64,000 bases of DNA from a virus. Location: IMG/VR virus record IMGVR_UViG_3300030085_002462, one strand, 5' to 3'. Position numbers and translations under genes: made by a program. The notes under the pieces are model-generated. The model saw nothing but the letters and a program-made list of their open reading frames with translations, did no database searches and was not told where the DNA came from. How positions within the stretch are numbered: position 1 is the stretch's first letter; each line of letters begins with the position of its first letter. Below are positions 61,701-64,000 of the stretch, piece after piece.

Positions 61701-64000
61701 TTGTGATCGCGTCTGATTCCTCTTCGTGGTTTGAAATTGCAGAATCTCCTATTCATGATGGTAGATTCCATAATTTCTTCATCGATATTACCAATAATGG
61801 TGCACAGCAATTTGCTTTGACACTCAGAAGTGGAATTACTAGAGCAACCACCACATACGGCACAAGAGAAAACTTCACTCCTCTTGAGGGTGGATTCCTC
61901 CCCGCAGACGTGCTTTATGGATCTACCTCCCAAGCATACGCTGAAGTTGGTAGTGTGCTTCAGAATGAGGCAGAAATTATTCAGTCTTACAAGCACTATG
62001 AATTGAATAATCTCTCAACCAACCTGCAAGAATTTGCAAATGGTGAGACTCTGGTTGTCCAAGGTAACACAAGTGTTAATGGTAAGATTCTGCAAACAAG
62101 ATTGCAGGATGCACAAGCAACTTCATTCGTTAAACTTATTAATCAACAAGGCACCATCAGTCAAAATGATGTGCTTCTTTCACAAGAAAGTAACTTGGAG
62201 GGCACTGTCACAGATATTAGTGATCGCTTCCTAATCAACGTTAAGAAAGGTGCATTTGCTACAGGCGACTGGTTCTTCAGTAAGACTGCTGCAACTTACG
62301 CCAAGATGAGTGAATACTCCAATAAGTCTGGTGCTATCGTTGATAACACTGGCGGTAAGATCACAATGGACGTTGAGACCATTGATGGAGCATGGAATTC
62401 TGGCGATATCATTTATGGTAACCAGACATCTTACATCTTGGAAGTCAAGGGTGTTTCTGGATCTAGTCCACTAACTCTCAACTCTTATGTCCACGGCACT
62501 AACGTGTATGAGTTGAATCTTGGCACTGCAATTATTGACACTGGTATTACAGATACCTTCTCACCTGGCGATACCGTCTACATGCTGCAAGGCACCGTTA
62601 TTAAGGAGCCTGGATTCAGCGCAACGGTCACCAAATATGTTAATGGATTGAATCTTGATCCAGGCGAGCCAAATTACGGTGTCCACAAACTTTGGATTGC
62701 TAATCCCATTGATGTTGGATCTGGTGAGCCAGTTAGCGCAGTTGCCAATACAATCTACTCGATTGGTAAGTATGACATTAACTCTAACTTCCCAACTATC
62801 TACGCGCCTGTAACATCACTGACAGACACAACATATACCTCTTACGGACGTGTTGTTAAGATCGATATCGCAGGTGTTACTGGCACCATCTGGATTGAGA
62901 ATGCAGTTGGCGATTTCCTTGATAACATGTCTCTCGCCGCTAATGACGGATGGGGTGCTGCTGTTACCAGAGCCGCTAAACTTCAAGGTCGCGTTGATCG
63001 TTACTTCAGAGGTTTCGACGGCACACAAACAGAATTCTCACTCACCATCTCCAATGGTGAATCCTACTTCCCTGATCCTGCAGGTCATCTGCTCGTCTTT
63101 GTTAATGGTATTCTCCAACCACCTGGCGGTAACTTCGCTTATAACGCATTCTCTGATCAGATTCGCTTCACTGAAGCACCTGAGATTGGATCCGAATTCG
63201 TTGGTTACTACATCGGTAAGATGCGTCAGTTGGATGATATCTCCTTCGAGTTTGACTCATTGAGATCTTCCTTCAACCTCCGTTACTTGGGTATTTACTA
63301 CTCCTTGACACTGACTGAAGGTGTTTCCTCTAACGTTATTAGACCTGAAAATAATATTATTGTTTCTCTCAACGGTGTTATACAGGAGCCTGGCGTTTCA
63401 TATGAGATCGTTGGTTCTAGAATCATCTTCTCTGAAGTGCCTCGCGCAGGCGGCACATTCGTGGCATTCTCCTACATTGGATCTGATGCTGACGTGATCG
63501 CTGCAACTGTTGTGCCTCCTATCGAGACGGGTGACTCACTCTTTATCGAAGGTGAGGAATTCAACAGAGAGGTTGCTTTGATCGAATCTTCCAACTCTCT
63601 AATCACCTTTGAATACACTGGATCTGTTAAGGGTCGTAACGCTGAGGCACTTGCCAGAATCAAGAAAGGTAAGGTTACCGAAGCACTTCTCACCAATCCT
63701 GGCGATGGTTATACCTCCAGACCTAACGTTGACATCATCTCCTCTTCTGGATTTGATGGTCGCATCAAGGCACTGAATGGTATCGCACGCATTGACGTGA
63801 AGACTGCAGGCACAGGATATGCAATGCCTAATGTGTTGGTTGAGACTACTGTCCCTGATGACTACACAGAACCTCAAGGCACACCTGTCAACGGTGGTTT
63901 TGATGTCCTCGCAGGCGAAGGTGCAGAATACTATGGTGGTGGCGCACAGATCGATCCTGGCACAATCGCTATCACATACAACCCTGTTAACGTAACTGTT
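43712..64000 (+). CDS. Giant baseplate wedge initiator-like (gp7-like) multidomain virion protein, partial, at least 6,763 aa
   Basis: ATG 43712 follows gp6; N-terminus VEYQLPEFIREDDRQFVNLLLEYY; no ORF in this frame appears in the track (implying no stop), and every segment translated by hand is in this frame up to IAITYNPVNVTV at 64000. Confidence 0.88.
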   Translation, partial: MSSQLAKRVNVSDRVEYQLPEFIREDDRQFVNLLLEYYRSQEKTGRPYDVLNNIINYLDLDNYGSEGLSAETLLLRDIGITDQSIEVETIDGFTEKNGSILIDNEIIYYESVSRGPDAILTPGISYDQFKKKEQQLENPFSLFDGTRRRFDLSNLGTPVAPPTANHLLVTTYNNFLIPNVDYTVDGDEIVFTTPPRLRTGVDDSEFTQLVYLVGYADQSVLEMDDINYEVYQGKSEYPLKLNGSNYYPTSEIGLIVNKNGNLLVPFQDYVIFQTNDGSSFVSFNAGALGAADVIHIRSVEYNAPQYGSGAKLICEVNESSKALSGLQVKSGGSGYRLDFAPKVAIVSTTGEGAAARSLVGGIKDIQLISGGQGYTSFNPPIPFVSAPTNPNGSRAEIEIEVDDTSGQVSSIRITNSGSGYDFIPAISFINPAGAKISDPTIDSEGRVNVDSIQVTKTGVGYKNAPVVYIDPAPDGGINAQATSRINSDGQVIEIQVNNRGRGYVTPPRARIIDPVGAQVLDVTVASGAVTEIEMLTGGMGYTDPPSVYIVDDRKDAYGNPVGGQGAKAVATIFNGEITDINITDFGSGYSDQFPPKIYIAEPAAAKASVNIGYDEVTGFEIIRGGKEYSPSALLGCARGVSNVIGFDDLGNQIYAREEQLANTNHNAGTRIVNLDSIFVKEVFDRFRRQYLPTLEINYDRINPVQVIKTIRDFYASKGTKMSTQYLFKILFGEDVDVFYPKDEIISPSHATWVVDTILRAELISGDPRNLIDGQLNQYRDEVDTNIREASALIENVISIIQGTDTIYELAISEETLVGQFIIPYKTRLVEPLNTTGQIITVDSTIGWPERNGTILINDEEQVQYKEKSLNQFIECTRSKNGIVEDWDPGTIVQSDIFVYVNKDTPTECKLRILGIAEAGTTVLDDTGSYYLPSDKLKVASLGSSAEDERLSSWLYNVKKLIQVSSVTPGGDNNQTATVVCDNPHGLLVSDQVTIYGANPVIYNGTFAVTSRIDEYQFSYRLAQPTDIIPQGNILLSVDLNRGKSDVTSINKVVSEFTTNIQNSFFNDDYVYVAASGLPNYKIGPFTGSALIPGNQRKLMRFPRNVLTVSERQDIQPNTSIGSWVNGVSIWSYKSSEYVQFGPLTNITVDGGGEGYDAGAKPNLEIIGGGGTGASGSVVVNGSLTSFDVTEGGSGYTDSPLISIVGGGGSGGTARAVVTGGRVTRILVDSPGTGYTSQPDVAITGGGGSGAAATANVRGPISSVMIDSFGSGYTSLPQIRVNSGENALAQPIVINGRIVSIAIINSGNSYTTAPNVIINGDGFGAIAQATIGTFGEDKGKVLSIQILNRGIGYTQGNTTVRLEAVGQNATFTPTVYRWYRNNQYDLGSNYDFARGYVFTGLNNAFGGEYAHLSDPKELRYVVGDNVFLNPVTQQFQELSSNFSHSPILGWAFDGNPIYGPYAYADPTDQNSGIRRMRTSYKLKTNVVFDAATNPNPSRTDGPPLASYPAGQFVADYYYDFQSGDLDNYNGRFCKTPEYPDGVYAYFITVDASEAGVAEFPYILGPQFNSLPDQWNLGQGATQENIPQDVVRYRDPYVNVDIDIDRQPNQESDVLTTEIEGYPLIFEIQDSNNDGVIDASEQQETLEMTTEATLQIYDYFPQVPPESRVDIEVETTTQFEDAQIDGFVIENPGVSYQVNDTVFFNNEGTEGYGASAIIDSVKGQVIQAYQKEIIGDQPYGKITTAEIHDLKQQDGIIVNSRPIADNTNKAFKNVVVSGIETVSIDQVGRGYNSDLPPVYELITSQGSDAEFRINLESNGGISTVDILNSGNGYDVDNPPQIRVTHPQQYKKTRYWLSEYIEADGQLMIHDSKITADRYLYICGSIEIGNGNMAGFLAKFDDLGRLVWERHLQPINTGDKRSEFLRMYINESYENDRIYVAGQTYSPTNDLFNPDIWVGMYESGFNTANAPDGLLQWQKSIAGISGTTRRDYITSISLDAEERIYLAGYTNTNSPDPDDIWVIQADQDGDVVEKRKFASIDGNERLEQIADLGNNRFFWVGVNEDNDDCLYGVFFYDGANLEMEYAKQVTVTGGYVRNPRFVIDEYQDVFILWDFYNNATSVWEKVQLSRISLANTASGGSFTWSKTIALTPMDSVTPISIQHAGLNLDEFGNISVVTDMKYKQNVRVAGLTYFKYDGTVLRQSYLEDTNSAGFSVKSHVVDSSGDPIMVCERQLPDQAAAFRFTEDGNNWNEDFTKRKLAPLSVIDTAASAWERDTTAYKWGPASLKLKTSNAVKATNFNRNVQPEWCVEGWYSMDGTNHGVNHQPKMMTVVPVAGKTAHFIIDGDSTSANYQKVLLYFDGVEVASSTTAYNWTTFASSAWVHLSFSKENPTVGSYTYRVFVNGVAMIELVSTEDIGLDDVYWASDSTPSASDAFLGNLDDLVVSETAKYTATYTVPADYVEITTQASDVAIYKVDRLHTERGDKTLTTLNNYTQFSFSENFNVNVQTVTNGAISNWEEGPGGLQILDMSYTIATMIPATVALSTNVEIFGSKTSTVPTPRGQKLKLSSNVVPKFYIRDALYSKIDNVKEFTFNQDCKFTKGSIIQQVNAAGVVQAYGTIVESPAGGINTPGLGTKYKVGKIFGTFNNTDLFKNDLDEINHITGVYFDTEEAEIPWASGTAYAQGDRVYSDKKIYEAQGAGTSGTITPIHTAGVASDGVINWAFIDDSGKFTIDAANHPYQIPEYQGSDMIEWDAHILYAPGYRIWKGLNVYETTNGGVSGTTPPTHTTGTVNDGNVDWTFVETREALGTYARFMAYDEDFYTVRIEEIQPGSTYIPGDVISIRSDNIEIDETEKILRVVNLPSVKKIRVTSTVKKDIIRTAEVRTDQVYATSVTRHNYNNGEILYTTGFSQTAFNGSFFVKEVFGSREFTFTIRDTAVEEPAFLQSAISNVNIYAKHPTLTFTRGHAYVFDLADPSNFGYYLSFSQDNQYKLEYSFNNITREGTPGVPTTSTAPFVKFTVLGDVTNISYYFDPSRVGANSPVGDKSFIDVIKTPYDGTFTISEIITDTEFRFPLVREPEQTSAEVGTDEFDNAYSYYSTTSTKAVGPINSIKLVSPGGFYKRLPIISDIASYRQIEKINITDGGTEYAPGVYYDVGILGDGEGAKATITVEIDDETGSGTITGVAITDPGKGYTTASIDIDAIPGILGPTLAGSGAALEVVIPEEGSGASVFLTGRNIGKIKRLKNNEFGYGYSHDYTLRPEISFPVNLQLFNTSILTQIKITNPGSGYTSAPAVVIEGGGGEGAQAEAIVKNNRLSEIVIKNPGQGYSSEPIVTLKSEFNYVVNLDLNYLQFNFPHGITTGAAVQFRADDVGTTEGELPKPSSVGLTSLVEGQIYYAIAGNQNSLESDQIRFALTPQAAATGDFITFLTQGSGRQVLLTEVFGGTAEAIVSTSRFLEGEEVFQGPSLEQATATAVVSTNTGWQIGPKILKLVNNQGDFVQGEKVTGTVSKASGVIDNLNIAKGVLNIGSLTKTPGKFIDDVGKPSEIVQKIQDSFFYQNFSYVIKSEIPITEWKTQILENNHPAGFNLFGQLQLTGGKDVSGRKIGTEFIKNVNIFDYANVNQITSFGAAQPIYTDYNNTEVLFRKRRLTSSEEILTSIVKKLDDISGQFDGVQKSFPLTVENESVIVKDDQLMITINGIIQSPRISYSIVGGNIVFAEAPKPPSKVVYRNIRVTPVEIYRIELYQVGGIFPTLGQQIQGQANDTFATVIDTGASSIDVINITGTPFQLNEQLRRGTIFSALVQSVTLLNSDTIFEFGESITNLNGDTAKIEETNLNDGVVTDALVISKTSGTSDEETGQFNIRLNDYVYSAATKIAGQVSFISPYLDPNTGEPVDTLTINAGSTFFGLLFERLLSITNPNVVLDDISKSTITPTELYNADNRINADFLDFEDVRSSEVVMTDLTGGQFSEGELIRNKKVDYINEVTTAISRYYDAGNRIIDNRQEIIDFAEAQITVDHPGFYYPGAQQTDQWGRFRDAYRLIIKNKDLIVDYTYELMVAQFPSLVVPSADKCKRDLGKFIDAVARDTHSGGNVYGRKFTMQYFDSNSGLAYISSEIAETRWAYEKAKDLMLLAITNQLSGNYGSGNFGPAYNEISVGGSGGTGITIDPAPGNPYGTAGSNTTANDPGNCSDVQSAITTTWTYIDETLGAGNMDDLPDEVLPTEFTLNQTKCRRDIGIFVDAIVEDLKSNGNWGVVKFTKKYFDGAGAPISNGLVGEVAESITAFNHARTLMYSAINNLLYGKDLTITADPASYGGSAPGHKYDPNYANGSNQLLTNCADVKASIDTLLAVATTAISAGNLNNIVALEQANQVTDGTYTIGETIRVNKIAYQEKGDGLFFRDDVIKGMSSNASFTALGVNTGFRWLFAGNVTGSFQSREYITNSQLDVGSGVSQTVINVAAGSKSLKFDGSSNSYINMPNSYDYEFGTGDFTIEGWYYFPATTASPQQVLFDVGYQTDYQIVVVWDTVIRAYTATNGQGTDLYNTANKVTPSANTWHHIALVKGSNVMTLYVDGVVTGQVGDTGTYNYGHVTIGASAATNAGNFNGGVDHFIVSNAARYTQPFTPSAVYDSTADDVITSFNNEHPILVADQDVYAKYTDTITANATATYVDYDDDRITIQEWDIGRQEYRDAADIIEKNAAWIAEEAVGRLKLRYPDFVFPGDNPAANTYGGTNYCIRDTRDYIVPAMVKDLRNGGNYNVTTTARFYLTKGGELEFIGNELLQTLYTWDQVADIAKEVVTSTSLDLSGTYSTILRIPNNFSSPASQPVLDEIQALSDEIATILSPTGHRYRDAGDLIWKNKDYIADEAVGYIQDKYTKDIAGTLTDFLIMPGNGEPSCHRDLSDHVIPAIIGDLCTGGNANTQTIISKYLNNQDQILHVQDELSPMLDALHFCNDLAQKAINNLLLSPGETASSLGIDVRYQDDYYEPQWTTRDAFRGASTTIDSKAYPQATRAQNDRFLDAADLLQANKKLIAHEAVAFMNDLGKYGSFNVPGGAINCVDDVVDILDAVTHDLSYDCNERTYDASALYLREEDNALLHVSTEAEATRTVLRVARDMAILTMRNGFGRPHVDGNNPDFRPVESYEQNTVHQDVYDAYHYLDSHIRWIANESVKRMKANYPNFTVNGGAGAMWWKEFTPTNASYTASTGVLTLTIPDHRLNVGEYISLAANGITFTCSMDSNATNHPYPRNTDPAYEKRLLITDTTPDTLTINVGASPSGQQYDHTFVSAVTGAVRYGWNDGGEHFTPTAVNYTASTGEMVLTIPNHSFNVGSRMSIEPHSLVFTCAMDNNQSEHAYPRNGDPAYGTTRAITAIGTSTQDITNATYDPVSGKMVITTSGNHGLVTGNRIKLAANSLTFTCTMDSNGSNHTYPRATDPANEKWLLVSRESDTTFSCYVGVAANNNQYAHTFVSATAGALIKQNGTVTVNVGASPSNNQYAHTFVRAVQGGIISAGAIDCVHDVADLIRAVLWNAENGGDNYVGLATEFYLSGPAIIHVTSQVTETLYAIQQAKNIMINMALGAGVGSIVGEVAQPPANTFNGTSDQNTEIQNRLTYLWDIVEDTMQDPNGQNASTYPNSASSKNFQWELPNFWPIKYTSEIADRDLTITFDSANGGLGNNGTWNQTCPQVASSITTLMEIVDSTIVGGLTNTNYLSGITRTTAYSSNTNYQEGTCENVRSMIDNLFVLMTESLTADNRNLRQYADLMRFNGPAIYRRAYDETVISYPQFATQILTYNSDPYLLGKEIVDAIQYDLITKGNAGAFKLIGDWFDGDGAFIAFPNIIRSFLLEFLSKIREMAKSVIYLSQTEPEWAAYSNYIYNIPINTRLEWNQEHAEFILDSSLNVIRYAMSRSEFPTENRVNFVPSTDVVNISNKYNLGYDWNTDPALVLLTPTVPVGYDRAEYRIRINKPNNFRRGDIVTYIPASQTSLQTLNKPEYFVIASDSSSWFEIAESPIHDGRFHNFFIDITNNGAQQFALTLRSGITRATTTYGTRENFTPLEGGFLPADVLYGSTSQAYAEVGSVLQNEAEIIQSYKHYELNNLSTNLQEFANGETLVVQGNTSVNGKILQTRLQDAQATSFVKLINQQGTISQNDVLLSQESNLEGTVTDISDRFLINVKKGAFATGDWFFSKTAATYAKMSEYSNKSGAIVDNTGGKITMDVETIDGAWNSGDIIYGNQTSYILEVKGVSGSSPLTLNSYVHGTNVYELNLGTAIIDTGITDTFSPGDTVYMLQGTVIKEPGFSATVTKYVNGLNLDPGEPNYGVHKLWIANPIDVGSGEPVSAVANTIYSIGKYDINSNFPTIYAPVTSLTDTTYTSYGRVVKIDIAGVTGTIWIENAVGDFLDNMSLAANDGWGAAVTRAAKLQGRVDRYFRGFDGTQTEFSLTISNGESYFPDPAGHLLVFVNGILQPPGGNFAYNAFSDQIRFTEAPEIGSEFVGYYIGKMRQLDDISFEFDSLRSSFNLRYLGIYYSLTLTEGVSSNVIRPENNIIVSLNGVIQEPGVSYEIVGSRIIFSEVPRAGGTFVAFSYIGSDADVIAATVVPPIETGDSLFIEGEEFNREVALIESSNSLITFEYTGSVKGRNAEALARIKKGKVTEALLTNPGDGYTSRPNVDIISSSGFDGRIKALNGIARIDVKTAGTGYAMPNVLVETTVPDDYTEPQGTPVNGGFDVLAGEGAEYYGGGAQIDPGTIAITYNPVNVTV

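Noticed and set aside
43916-63877. Dozens of short ORFs on both strands listed by the track in the last 20 kb
   Set aside because: They are shadows of the single giant frame; they lack RBS, promoters or protein-like composition
1-64000. CRISPR array, IS element, integrase, intron or intein
   Set aside because: No regularly spaced identical repeats, transposase, recombinase, homing-endonuclease or splicing motifs were seen; the GGT-rich repeats are coding

Overview
This 64-kb window is a segment of a T4-like cyanobacterial myovirus genome (Kyanoviridae-type). The assignment rests on T4-like baseplate genes (gp27-like hub, gp5, PAAR/gp5.4-like, gp25, gp6, gp7-like), T4-type late promoters (TAAATA), and the cyanophage auxiliary genes cp12, cpeT and a PrnA-like halogenase. 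All credible genes are on the + strand. Layout: (1) 1-5.1 kb, baseplate hub and gp5 with a cp12-cpeT insert; (2) 5.1-7.6 kb, small ORFs, three 2OG-Fe(II) oxygenases and tRNA-Thr(UGU); (3) 7.6-19.1 kb, fibre/virion proteins ending in three paralogous Gly/His-rich proteins; (4) 19.1-25.1 kb, a flavin-dependent halogenase, three more 2OG-Fe(II) oxygenases and a JmjC protein; (5) 25.1-35.3 kb, an early region with an SF2 helicase, a candidate PD-(D/E)xK nuclease plus beta-class DNA methyltransferase pair, and about 30 small ORFs driven by eight sigma70-like promoters that share an upstream palindromic element; (6) 34.4-35.6 kb, non-coding segments with paired DnaA-box-like sites, divergent promoters and strong hairpins (candidate origin/ncRNA); (7) 35.6-64 kb, NlpC/P60, a large virion protein, PAAR, gp25, gp6 and a giant ORF of at least 6,763 codons that runs off the window and is absent from the supplied ORF track. 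The best leads for something undescribed are the candidate phage restriction-modification pair, the halogenase/oxygenase cluster sharing a late transcript with the fibre module, the origin-like locus, and the early-promoter operator. Family names come from motif recognition by eye, not from database searches.
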